Source: a virus
Virus record (IMG/VR): IMGVR_UViG_3300012204_000008
Coordinates: 1 to 64,000 of that record
Direction: 5' to 3' (one strand)
DNA: 64,000 nt
Shown: piece by piece, positions 18,606-27,985 of the stretch
Layout of the letters: each line of letters begins with the position of its first letter
How positions within the stretch are numbered: the stretch's first letter is position 1
Made by a program: the position numbers and the translations under genes
Notes under the pieces: generated by a model
Database searches by the model: none
What the model was told of the DNA's origin: nothing
The model's input: only the letters and a program-made list of their open reading frames with translations

Positions 18606-18935
18606 AAACAAAAGGGGAGAGCAATGGCAACAAGAGCCGGAAGTTTAGCAATGAAAGAAAGAATTCGTGTCCTCTCACAGGGGAAAAGATACGAGCGCAA
18701 GATCCGTTTTGACCCTAAGCGTTGGACTGAAATTCGTGGCGAGATTGATTATGGTCTCGATGTAGACAACTTCATAATCATCACGAATGTTGATCTCAAC
18801 GACCGAATTTGGTATGGCAGGATCACCGCCGCTGCATACGATTGGCAGAGGAAGCCAAAGAATAGAGGGCTCAATCTCTTGGTTACTACTGCCATGGACA
18901 AGCAAGCAAGGACGATTTCAATGTGGGCGGGTTGA
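18603..18935 (+). CDS. Hypothetical protein
   Basis: GGGGAG RBS before MATRAG. Confidence 0.55.
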   Translation: MKQKGRAMATRAGSLAMKERIRVLSQGKRYERKIRFDPKRWTEIRGEIDYGLDVDNFIIITNVDLNDRIWYGRITAAAYDWQRKPKNRGLNLLVTTAMDKQARTISMWAG

Positions 18936-19159
18936 TGCCAAATAAGGAAAAGCGTAATATGGGCAATAGGTTCTACTGGACTTCAGTGGCTGTTTACACT
19001 ACGGCTATTATAGCTTACGGACAGTGGCGTTACGAAAGCGTCCCACCATGGAGTTTCTGGATAGTTAGCTGGACAATCGGGATTTTGCTGCTGCTAGCTA
19101 TTGCTATCTGGGCATTACCCAGGAATCAGTATAGAAAAGATGAAGAGAAAGAGAACTGA
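18923..19159 (+). CDS. Small two-TM membrane protein
   Basis: Two hydrophobic helices. Confidence 0.55.
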   Translation: MGGLMPNKEKRNMGNRFYWTSVAVYTTAIIAYGQWRYESVPPWSFWIVSWTIGILLLLAIAIWALPRNQYRKDEEKEN

Positions 19160-19470
19160 TGTCAGGAGAGATACGTAAATTCATAGAAGAATTAGAGAAG
19201 GCTGAGGCCCGTGTCTCCGAACTGGAGGCGCAGCGGGAAAAAGCGCTAAAGCTATGCATTGAAGTCATTGCGGATACTGGTGTCTCTCTGAATTCTATTT
19301 GTGATGCTCTGAGATCTGAAACGCCCCAGACTCCAAAATCTCCTATCTTGAGGGGGTATCGTGACTTATGCCCTCAGCCAGTCTGGGATGGACCGTATAG
19401 GTTCACGTGTGGGAAGTTCTTGGATAAGGGTGTGTGCGGAACTCACGGCCCTCAGCGAGAGAGTCCATAA
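19159..19470 (+). CDS. Hypothetical protein
   Basis: TGATG overlap; coiled coil plus Cys/His-rich tail. Confidence 0.55.
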   Translation: MSGEIRKFIEELEKAEARVSELEAQREKALKLCIEVIADTGVSLNSICDALRSETPQTPKSPILRGYRDLCPQPVWDGPYRFTCGKFLDKGVCGTHGPQRESP

Positions 19471-19471
19471 A

Positions 19472-19780
19472 ATGAATGTAACGCAAGTAATTCTAATAGT
19501 ATTCGCAAGTTCAGTCTACCTCGGAACAGGTTTGTCATTGGGAAGGAAAAGAATCCTGGCAGAAAAGAAAACTAAAAGTCATTACTCTAACGAGGAATAT
19601 ATAGCCAACGGATTATTGATAACTTTTTGTTGGCCCATATTCATGCTACTGAGTTTGTTATTCTGGTTTTTTCTATCGGATCAATTAGTTTCGAAAAAAG
19701 GAAAGCCTGATTATGATAAGATCATCGATATGGAAAAGGAAGCTAAAATGTTCGACTATTATAAGAATGACTACTTGTAA
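19472..19780 (+). CDS. Membrane protein
   Basis: Two TM helices with CWPI; resembles 7230-7610. Confidence 0.55.
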   Translation: MNVTQVILIVFASSVYLGTGLSLGRKRILAEKKTKSHYSNEEYIANGLLITFCWPIFMLLSLLFWFFLSDQLVSKKGKPDYDKIIDMEKEAKMFDYYKNDYL

Positions 19781-19806
19781 AAAGAAAAGGAAAAGGGTGT
19801 GTTATC

Positions 19807-20109
19807 ATGAACTCTATGGGATATCGAGAGGTAACTTCAGGAAAGATCAATATAGCCAAGAAGAGAATTAAGACGCCCTTCTGGCTTGAGGGCCTAGCTC
19901 TAGGATTAGTCATTGGTTCAACATCAATGTTTATACTGTTTGGAGCGCTACCGAAACTTTTGATCTTTGTGTTTGCGGCAGTAATCTTTTTCCTCATCGG
20001 TAAAAAGAGAGGATGCCCGCAAGAGTCAAAGGTCATTGGTATCACACAAACATTCGATGGTCAAAGATATCTTCGCTACGAAGACGGCCGGGAAGAGAGG
20101 ATCCCGTGA
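19807..20109 (+). CDS. Membrane protein
   Basis: Two TM helices. Confidence 0.55.
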   Translation: MNSMGYREVTSGKINIAKKRIKTPFWLEGLALGLVIGSTSMFILFGALPKLLIFVFAAVIFFLIGKKRGCPQESKVIGITQTFDGQRYLRYEDGREERIP

Positions 20110-20414
20110 TTAAGCTACCAGAGATACCGGACTCTATATCTCAGAAGATGATTGATATCTTCGGTTTCAAACATCTTAATTCTAAATCCGGTATCAGAAC
20201 ACAATTGGCTTTATCCGCAGCGTGGTCAGAGATATATGGATTCGTTACAAAAGATCTCTTAGAGCAACTTAAAGAGCGCTGTGAATGCGGAGAAGAATTG
20301 GGCCAACATTCCAGGTGTAAGTTTACCTTGAGCGATATTTTTGAGTTAGCCAGCGAAGCTGAACAATCACCTTTTATTGGACTGAAGAAAATTAGGGAGA
20401 ATGAGAGAAAATGA
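20013..20414 (+). CDS. Hypothetical protein
   Basis: The probable start is a GTG near 20106; CECG...H motif. Confidence 0.45.
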   Translation: MPARVKGHWYHTNIRWSKISSLRRRPGREDPVIKLPEIPDSISQKMIDIFGFKHLNSKSGIRTQLALSAAWSEIYGFVTKDLLEQLKERCECGEELGQHSRCKFTLSDIFELASEAEQSPFIGLKKIRENERK

Positions 20415-20800
20415 ACCTTGAGGAGTATCAGAAGGAAACTAATAGAACTGCTATCTATCCTGGGGCTGGCACTGGCAGCGTAGAAGCGATCAATTATGTA
20501 ATCCACGGTCTAGCAGGAGAAGCTGGGGAGGTCTCAAACAAATGGAAAAAGGTTCTAAGGGACGCACCAAGAAAAGGAAAGTGGAAAGGCTTTCTCTTTT
20601 TCAAGTCTCAAGGAGAGCCAGTTATTTCTGAGGAAGTAAAAATGAATATTCTTTCAGAAACAGGCGACTGCCTGTGGTATCTAGCTCGTCTTAATAAGGA
20701 GCTAAGAGCCAGTCTTGATCAAACCGCTGAAGAGAATCTTAACAAACTAAGAATTCGTATGGAAAATAATAAGATCGGCGGGTCAGGCGATAGCCGCTAA
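20411..20800 (+). CDS. MazG-like nucleoside triphosphate pyrophosphohydrolase
   Basis: EYQ...TAIYP...GLAGEAGEV..K.KK...E.GD.LWY...N..KL..R...I.GSGD.R. Confidence 0.88.
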   Translation: MNLEEYQKETNRTAIYPGAGTGSVEAINYVIHGLAGEAGEVSNKWKKVLRDAPRKGKWKGFLFFKSQGEPVISEEVKMNILSETGDCLWYLARLNKELRASLDQTAEENLNKLRIRMENNKIGGSGDSR

Positions 20801-20869
20801 TTGGATCGCTGATCAGTTTGCTTCTCTGTCATACTGGTCCTAGTAAACCTTTTCTTACTCGGGAGCATA

Positions 20870-21136
20870 ATGAAAGAGATTATTGCGAGCTCTATCCTCG
20901 CAGCAGGTAGCGGTCCAACGATCAACACGACAGGTGTGGTTGCGTGGGTCGTCAAGTACATTATCCCCTTTTTATTCTTGTTTATCGGCGTTTATATCAT
21001 TGCGAACTCACGGCGTGGTAGATTCTCCGATAACATGAGCACGATAACTAATGCTATTATCGGATTGATCGTCATCGCTGGAGCGGCTCTGCTCTTTACG
21101 TTTGCAACGCAATTTGCAACGTTCGTCTTCGGATAA
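20870..21136 (+). CDS. TcpD/VirB2-like small two-TM conjugation protein
   Basis: 88 aa with two TM helices and a basic loop; first gene of the T4SS-like cluster. Confidence 0.6.
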   Translation: MKEIIASSILAAGSGPTINTTGVVAWVVKYIIPFLFLFIGVYIIANSRRGRFSDNMSTITNAIIGLIVIAGAALLFTFATQFATFVFG

Positions 21137-21152
21137 GAAAGAGCGGGAACTA

Positions 21153-24100
21153 GTGCGTATTTCTACCGATGATCAAGTATATAGAATAAACTCTGTTTGG
21201 CTCGGACCTAGGGGACTAACACTCCCTTGGGTGGCACGCTATGCAGCGTATGCCGTTTTTTTCTGTGTTTTCACTTCTATTCTCTTAATAGAAGCAATTG
21301 CCTGGCACGTTTCTATTCCTCCCATATGGGAATTGTGTATCTCTATCTTGGTTGCCAGTTTCGTTATGAGAATGGTTGACCACGACACCACAATCCATGC
21401 AATTTTCACCGTAGGATTTATAGAGACTAAGACCGCTGTCTCTATTTTTCGTAAGAAATTACGCGGAAGGCTTTCATCCGAAACTATCCTCTTTATGGCA
21501 AGGCATAAAAGGGATAGAAGGAAGGTAAAGAGTGCCCAGAGAAAGCAGACCTCTAATCTAAAGAAGCTAGAAGAATTCTCAAAAGGTCATAAGTCCGAGT
21601 TGGCCGTCTCCGAAATAAACAGAAATCTCACTATTTCCAATAACTCTGTTATCTCTTGGTACGTCCTCTCACCGAAAAGATGGTCCTTTAGGTCAAATAT
21701 GCAGCGAGAGGCCTTGCTTTCTTCCTACGCAGATAGGCTAGCTGCATTAGCCGGTCACAACATTACTATAAGAGTTTCTTATCGCCCCTACCCTGTCATC
21801 CAATGGGCTAAGAAACTACATAAGATAACACCTGCTCCCCTCCCTTCTCGCGGAAATGAGTCCTGGGCTTCGTTTCTAATCAACACACAACTCCATCTTC
21901 ACGCTAACTCTCTTTCCGATAAGGTAGTTTTTCTAGGTGTTCACTTAACAAAAAGAAGGGGATTCAACAAGCTCTTTTCAAATGTCTCTGGAAAAGTCAG
22001 CTCTTTTGAGATTGGAAAGCTATCGGAGCACTGCTCAGTCATTGATGAGATCGTGGCGGGGCCAGGTATGGAGGGGCGCCCAGCAACCGTTGGAGAACTA
22101 GAGTGGTTGATGCACCGCTCTGTAGCTGTAGGCGCTCCTTCCCCAGAGAAACTCTCTTCAGTAGAGGAGGATCTTTGGGAAGGTAGTGACTTAGAGGCGT
22201 TCACAGATGCCGTAGCCATTTCCCCTGTCGGGCCACTGGGGGATCTCTTAAAGGTTTCTACTAGGAAACAGGAGGGCTCTCCTACTAGCCATTATGTAGC
22301 AGTTCTAACAATTGGTAGGATGGGGGATCGCAACGTTCCAGAGTCAAGTTGCGACCCTTGGATACAGCATTCTGAAAGACTTCCATTTCCTGTTGAATGG
22401 GTTGCCAATTTTTCTATTATGAAAGGGGCTGATGCAAAGAGAGACGTTCAACAGAAACTTAGAATTGTCAGGGATATGCAGCAACATTATGACGAGCATG
22501 ATGTTGACGAGCCAATCGTTTTAGAGCGTCAAGCTGCCCATGCTAAACAAATAGAAGATGAAATGACACAAGGTGGCAATATCATTGCCTCCAGGGCGCA
22601 TGGATATATACGGCTATGTGTTTCCGGTGCGACGGAAGAGGAATGTAGGAAAAACGCTAGAAGAGCTATTGAGCATTATAGGTCTCTTTCCATAGATATC
22701 GCTTGGCCTAAAGGCCAAGTTTCTTTGGTTAAAGAATTCATTCCACACGAAAACGTTGTTGTTAAGTCCCATATTCGGCGTATGCCTGTTCTCTACCTAG
22801 CTTCTGCATTACCCACCGTAACCGCTTCTGTTGGTGACAGACGCGGACCCTATCTAGGAACTACTACTTCCTCCTCCCGTAGAGCTGTATGTTTTGATAC
22901 ACATTATGCGACAGAGGTCAAAGAGGCCTCTGGTTTGATTCCAATAGTGGGAGCCCTGGGCAGCGGTAAAGCGTTAAGTCTAGATACGCCATTGCCAACG
23001 CCAGATGGTTGGACAACGATGGGGAAAGTTCAAGCAGGGGATCTCTTATTTGGAGAGAATGGTTTACCAACCAAAGTAATTGCCGCAACAGATATCATGT
23101 ATAATCATCAATGTTATGAAATTAAATTTTCAGATGGAACTAGTATCATCGCAGATGCTGGACATCAATGGAAAACAAGAGAAGTAAATAGTAGAAGGCG
23201 CAGTAGGAAATATAAGTCAGCAGTGAAGGAATATGAATCAAAAAATCTTATTTATGGTACTGACTTATGCCTCTGTGGATGTGGAAATAAGGCTGGACTA
23301 AGAACTGCTCATTTTCGCCATGGACAGCCTAGGACTTATATTAAGGGTCATTCTCGTAAAAATAAAGAACCAGAAACTTTTCAGAAAGAGTCGTTAATTA
23401 GAACAACTGAAGATATAACTCACACATTAACTTTTGGTCCGAATGGACAGCACAATCATTCAATCCATGTATGCTCACCATTATCGTTACCAGAAAGAAA
23501 TTTACCGATCCATCCCTACATGCTAGGTGTGTGGCTTGGAGATGGAGATAGTAAACAAGCCAAAGTAACGTCTTACGACGAGGAGATGTTTGGTAATCTA
23601 GAACGCACTGGGCATAGTATTAGACTTCGCTCTAACATTCATCATATTGGATTACTTGGTGTTAAAAAGTTGTTGAAAGAGATAAATGTTTTTGGAAATA
23701 AACATATTCCAATTGAGTATTTACGTGCGAGTGAGCAACAAAGAAGAGAACTTTTGGCTGGATTACTAGACACGGACGGTACAGTTAGCAAAACTGGAAC
23801 GATTATATTTTCATCTACCAGCAGGAACTTGGCTAAAGATGCAACAGAACTAATAAGATCACTTGGATACAAACCAAGTATCAGAATGAGGCAAGTGAAA
23901 GGTAGAACTATAGATAGCTCAACTAGTTATGTTATATCATTCACAACTACTGATAAGGTATTATCTATAACCAGAAAAGCCGATAGAATAAATGAAAATG
24001 ATCGTATTACAAACAAATACAGATACATAGTGGCAGTAGATAAGATCGACTCTGTTCCAGTTAGGTGTATCCAAGTGGATAATTCAGACGGCATGTTTCT

Positions 24101-25310
24101 CGCTGGACGATCGATGATACCAACCCATAATAGCAGCCTTCTCGGTCTTATTACCTACGCCTCTGTTAAGCGTGGGATCCTTACTACTATTCTAGACCCC
24201 TCTGGCCCACTCGCTAGGCTTACTGAATTACCAGACCTCAAGGATTTCTCTAGCCATCTTGATTTAACCAAGGCCCCTAAAGGAACTCTGAATCCTTATT
24301 CCGTAATAGCCATACCGACGAAGAAACAATTTGAGGAGTCTCCAGAGGTCCTTTCCCTTCCCCATACTATTGATCGCAAGGCAAAACTTGAAGAGCTATT
24401 TACTGAGGCAGTTATTGAGGCCGAGAATGACAGAAAGATACTAGCGACGGATGTCGTTAGAATGCTGTTGCCGCCTAAAGTTGATGAGATGCCAGAGACT
24501 CAACTAGTTATTGGCGACGCTGTCAGAGCCGTTGGCGGTTACAGAACTGCTACCTTGAATCAGATAATTGAAAGGCTTGACACTCACGAAGACCGCCATG
24601 GGAAAATCGTAGCCAACTGCCTCAGAGATGTTCGGGAACTACCGAAGGCGCGCCTCTTCTTCCCGCAAGGTGAATTAGGTTCAAGCGAGGAATCCTCACC
24701 GCCTTCTCTACTTGTCATGACGATGGCTGGCCTTACCATTCCGAGCAAGGAAATAGCAAGAGAGCACTGGTCTACAGAAGAACGGCTCGCCGTACCCCTA
24801 CTGCATCTAGCCGCCCACCTTACCGCTAGGAGAATATACGGGTTAGGTATGGCTGAGCGTAAGACAATTGGGCTGGATGAAGTAGGGCAGATGACTGAAT
24901 GGGCTTCGGGGCGTGCCCTTTTTACTCGTATTGGTAGAGACTCTAGAAAATGGAATACGTGTGCCTTGGTGTCCTCACAGAACCCCGCCGACATCCTAGG
25001 CATGGAAGTTGGTAACTTCATTGCTTCCGCATTTGTTGGCAGGATTGAAGATGAACCAACTGCTACCGAGGCGCTAAGACTATTAAGGGTTTCAACTGGA
25101 GTAGGCTACGAGCAAGTATTAGCGAATCTTTCCGCGTATTCTACCAATGAGAAGATAGGCGCTAGAGAATTTATAATGAGGGACGTTGAGAATAGAGTAG
25201 AACGTATCCGCGTAGATATGACCCATCTTCCATTGCTCATGGAGGCTCTGAACACTACAGCAACTACAGTAGAAAGAGCAGATGGTGAGGAAATGAATTG
25301 GGATGCTTAA
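21153..25310 (+). CDS. virB4: VirB3/TcpE-like plus VirB4/TcpF-like conjugation ATPase, intein-containing
   Basis: N-terminal two-TM TDD.VYR..WLGP.G.TLP domain; Walker A GALGSGK|S split by an intein; Walker B IGLDE; RDSRKWN and SSQNP motifs; FIMRD...RV.RIRVD C-terminus. Confidence 0.85.
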   Translation: MRISTDDQVYRINSVWLGPRGLTLPWVARYAAYAVFFCVFTSILLIEAIAWHVSIPPIWELCISILVASFVMRMVDHDTTIHAIFTVGFIETKTAVSIFRKKLRGRLSSETILFMARHKRDRRKVKSAQRKQTSNLKKLEEFSKGHKSELAVSEINRNLTISNNSVISWYVLSPKRWSFRSNMQREALLSSYADRLAALAGHNITIRVSYRPYPVIQWAKKLHKITPAPLPSRGNESWASFLINTQLHLHANSLSDKVVFLGVHLTKRRGFNKLFSNVSGKVSSFEIGKLSEHCSVIDEIVAGPGMEGRPATVGELEWLMHRSVAVGAPSPEKLSSVEEDLWEGSDLEAFTDAVAISPVGPLGDLLKVSTRKQEGSPTSHYVAVLTIGRMGDRNVPESSCDPWIQHSERLPFPVEWVANFSIMKGADAKRDVQQKLRIVRDMQQHYDEHDVDEPIVLERQAAHAKQIEDEMTQGGNIIASRAHGYIRLCVSGATEEECRKNARRAIEHYRSLSIDIAWPKGQVSLVKEFIPHENVVVKSHIRRMPVLYLASALPTVTASVGDRRGPYLGTTTSSSRRAVCFDTHYATEVKEASGLIPIVGALGSGKALSLDTPLPTPDGWTTMGKVQAGDLLFGENGLPTKVIAATDIMYNHQCYEIKFSDGTSIIADAGHQWKTREVNSRRRSRKYKSAVKEYESKNLIYGTDLCLCGCGNKAGLRTAHFRHGQPRTYIKGHSRKNKEPETFQKESLIRTTEDITHTLTFGPNGQHNHSIHVCSPLSLPERNLPIHPYMLGVWLGDGDSKQAKVTSYDEEMFGNLERTGHSIRLRSNIHHIGLLGVKKLLKEINVFGNKHIPIEYLRASEQQRRELLAGLLDTDGTVSKTGTIIFSSTSRNLAKDATELIRSLGYKPSIRMRQVKGRTIDSSTSYVISFTTTDKVLSITRKADRINENDRITNKYRYIVAVDKIDSVPVRCIQVDNSDGMFLAGRSMIPTHNSSLLGLITYASVKRGILTTILDPSGPLARLTELPDLKDFSSHLDLTKAPKGTLNPYSVIAIPTKKQFEESPEVLSLPHTIDRKAKLEELFTEAVIEAENDRKILATDVVRMLLPPKVDEMPETQLVIGDAVRAVGGYRTATLNQIIERLDTHEDRHGKIVANCLRDVRELPKARLFFPQGELGSSEESSPPSLLVMTMAGLTIPSKEIAREHWSTEERLAVPLLHLAAHLTARRIYGLGMAERKTIGLDEVGQMTEWASGRALFTRIGRDSRKWNTCALVSSQNPADILGMEVGNFIASAFVGRIEDEPTATEALRLLRVSTGVGYEQVLANLSAYSTNEKIGAREFIMRDVENRVERIRVDMTHLPLLMEALNTTATTVERADGEEMNWDA
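22971..24131 (+). mobile_element. Class 3 intein with LAGLIDADG endonuclease in the VirB4 Walker A motif (387 aa)
   Basis: K|ALSLDTPLPTPDGW...HQW...LGVWLGDG...LAGLLDTDG...VRCIQV...PTHN|S. Confidence 0.9.
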
Positions 25311-27058
25311 AAAGAATCGTAGTAGTTCTCGTAGCCATACTATGTGTGATCACGGGCTCCCTGCTATTTTCTTCTCCTGCCAACTCAGCAGTCTTACCAA
25401 CCTGCAAGACAGCTCCGACGCCAGAAGTACCTGGTCGTGGAGTTACAAGCTTCGCATATTACAAGCCGATTCCGCTTCCAGCGCCAGCAGACCCTTTTGC
25501 GCCTAACGCAAAGACTTCGATCTACGAGCAGTATGGTGGCGCTGGTATAAGATTCAATACTTATGATCTAGGATGCGGACCTGATGTAGCCAGAGACCCG
25601 GTTGCAGTTATCGGTAATAATATCGCTAATTTTCTACTGACTGTACCAAAAGTCTTAGTAGGAATAACGGCAACTCTTTCTTACTACGCTTTCAACCCTA
25701 GCTATCTTTCAACCTTTGACCCGTTGATCAAGAATACGATTTCAGTATTAAAGGAAAGAGTTTTCGGACCTTGGGTACCAGTATTTCTTATGCTATTAGG
25801 GGTATGGATCATATGGAGAGCACGACGGGCTAGATTCGCTGCTGTCGCTGGCGCTGCTAGTTGGGCACTTCTGGTCATGATAATAGCTGCCGTTCTTTTT
25901 AGGTGGCCGCTTGAAGCAGGTAGAGTTTCTGATCAAACAATTAGCTCAATTCTGAGCACTGTCCATGCCTCCATGAATGGGAAGGAAGCAGGTAAAGATC
26001 CATCGAAATCAGTTGGTGGTTTTCTGCATGAATCTGTATTATATCAACAATGGCTTAGAGGGACCTTTGGCTCTGAGTCTTCGCAGACCGCAGTAAAATA
26101 TGGGCCAGCAATTTTCAAGGCATCAACCTATTCATGGAACGAAGCAGACCAATGTGAGAAAAGTAAGGCGTTATGCAAAACGATAACAGATAGGAAAGGC
26201 CAAGAATTTGTCAAGACTGCGCAGTTAATTGAAACTTCCGATCCCGATGCTTACAGATATCTAACTGGTTCTAGAAGTGATGATAGGATTGGTGCTGTTT
26301 TCGTAGCATGGTTGGCAGCACCTTTCGCAACGTTATTCCTAATGGTTTCATTTCTATTAATGATAGGAGCCTATCTAATAGTAAGGCTAGCGGTAATGCT
26401 TTTCCCTCTCATGGCAACTTTCGCCGTCTTTCCAGCATTTGCCTCTACCGTCAAAGGAATTTTTTCAACAATTATGGCGGCTATCATTAACTCTATCTTA
26501 TTTGGTGTAGGCGCCTCTATAACAGTTCTTGGGATTAGACTTCTATTAGGGCATGGTTCTGGGTTACCATTACTAATATCGGTCTTCCTATTGGGCCTTT
26601 TCACATTGGTTATGTGGATTGCATTGAAACCGTTTAGAAGTCTAACAAAGATGGTGCCGCATGGCTTTGACCCATTTGCAGCGAATCGTGAATTTAAGCA
26701 CGATGTTATGAAGACTGGAAAGGGAATATTTAAGATATGGGCAGGCACACACGGTGTCTCAGCGGCAGCGGCGGTGATTTCTGGAGAAAAGAAGAGAGAG
26801 GAAGGAGAAACTGGAACTGGAACTGGAACAGGGGTCAAGGAGACCAGACTGGAAGCTACCTCCGCCCCAGATCCAGCCACAGGTCCGCCCATGGCTCTTA
26901 GTATGGCCGGGAATGTTCCTCCTCCACCTTCCATTTCTGGGCCGTTGCCCACGGTAGTTGAAAATTCCAATCAGAATATAAAAGAGGCTTCCTATACTGA
27001 GACAGAAACTGGAAGGGTATATAAGATCTTCGATCCTAATGAAGAGGAGGCGGAGTGA
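25298..27058 (+). CDS. VirB6/TcpH-like polytopic membrane channel protein
   Basis: Signal or anchor helix, YDLGC, multiple TM helices, WLRGTFG and a Pro-rich tail; follows VirB4. Confidence 0.75.
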   Translation: MGCLKRIVVVLVAILCVITGSLLFSSPANSAVLPTCKTAPTPEVPGRGVTSFAYYKPIPLPAPADPFAPNAKTSIYEQYGGAGIRFNTYDLGCGPDVARDPVAVIGNNIANFLLTVPKVLVGITATLSYYAFNPSYLSTFDPLIKNTISVLKERVFGPWVPVFLMLLGVWIIWRARRARFAAVAGAASWALLVMIIAAVLFRWPLEAGRVSDQTISSILSTVHASMNGKEAGKDPSKSVGGFLHESVLYQQWLRGTFGSESSQTAVKYGPAIFKASTYSWNEADQCEKSKALCKTITDRKGQEFVKTAQLIETSDPDAYRYLTGSRSDDRIGAVFVAWLAAPFATLFLMVSFLLMIGAYLIVRLAVMLFPLMATFAVFPAFASTVKGIFSTIMAAIINSILFGVGASITVLGIRLLLGHGSGLPLLISVFLLGLFTLVMWIALKPFRSLTKMVPHGFDPFAANREFKHDVMKTGKGIFKIWAGTHGVSAAAAVISGEKKREEGETGTGTGTGVKETRLEATSAPDPATGPPMALSMAGNVPPPPSISGPLPTVVENSNQNIKEASYTETETGRVYKIFDPNEEEAE

Positions 27059-27558
27059 AACCTATTTTTAGAGGACTCATTTATTGGATACTATCTGATT
27101 GGCGACATATAGTTATTACAATTACCGCTCCAATTTTCATCGTTGTCTTCATCATGCTCTCACCAAATATCAATCCAAATACTTCTAGTGTAAAGGAAAC
27201 TTCAATTCCAACTTCAGAGGCTAACGATCCTAGCTATCATAATGACGCCATTGAGACTAACCAAGAAAGTAAGTTTCTCCCGATCTCTAGAAAATTCATT
27301 ATGGATTGGTTGAACACAAGCGGTTCTCAATCACAATGGTTAAAGCGTCTTTCTTATACAACTACTCCAGAATTATTGGAAGAGTTAAGGTTTACTGAGT
27401 TGGATCGCGTTCCTAAAGACAAGCTCTCTTCTTCAAAAGTCTCTTTGACTGGTCAATTCTATGCTGAGGTAACTCACACTTTAGCTTCTGGCAGAATAAT
27501 CGTGACGAGTGTTACATTTGATGGTACCAGTTGGAAGGTTTCGGATCTCAGTGACTAA
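27055..27558 (+). CDS. VirB8/TcpC-like bitopic protein
   Basis: Single TM, S/T/P linker, and NTF2-like C-terminus (F..DW...WL.RL...TPEL...WKVSD). Confidence 0.6.
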   Translation: MKPIFRGLIYWILSDWRHIVITITAPIFIVVFIMLSPNINPNTSSVKETSIPTSEANDPSYHNDAIETNQESKFLPISRKFIMDWLNTSGSQSQWLKRLSYTTTPELLEELRFTELDRVPKDKLSSSKVSLTGQFYAEVTHTLASGRIIVTSVTFDGTSWKVSDLSD

Positions 27559-27808
27559 TATTGGGCCTTCTGGAATTCGTTTAGAAATAGACAAAGCACT
27601 TAGAACGGATCATATAACCAGACGAGACATGGCAGAGGTTCTTGGGATGAGTGAGGAGAATTTTTCTAGATTTCTTTGCGGGCATACAGGAACTAAGACT
27701 TTCGTATTGGAAGAGATCGCTCGGCAGCTTGGCAGGGAGTGGAGATTGATCCCAAAGGGAGTAGAACTATGGGTAAGAGGGGTTGAAGAGCATGAAAGGG
27801 TTTCATAA
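27551..27808 (+). CDS. XRE-family HTH regulator
   Basis: ITRRDMAEVLGMSEENFSRFLCG...LEEIARQLG. Confidence 0.7.
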   Translation: MTNIGPSGIRLEIDKALRTDHITRRDMAEVLGMSEENFSRFLCGHTGTKTFVLEEIARQLGREWRLIPKGVELWVRGVEEHERVS

Positions 27809-27983
27809 TTTGGAAGTTACAATTACTAAAAGTGGTTTTCTATACGAATGTGACGAATGTAGTAGAAAATTCGTTATTGATCGGAAGGGAAAGTTAACTT
27901 TTATTGACAAAGGAGATCCTTTTATTTTCCATCGCGGAAACAGTGAAGAACTTCTTTCATTGGCGGTTGAGACTAAGGAATAA
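27783..27983 (+). CDS. Small Zn-ribbon protein
   Basis: YECDECSRK...IDKGDP..FH. Confidence 0.5.
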   Translation: MKSMKGFHNLEVTITKSGFLYECDECSRKFVIDRKGKLTFIDKGDPFIFHRGNSEELLSLAVETKE

Positions 27984-27985
27984 AA

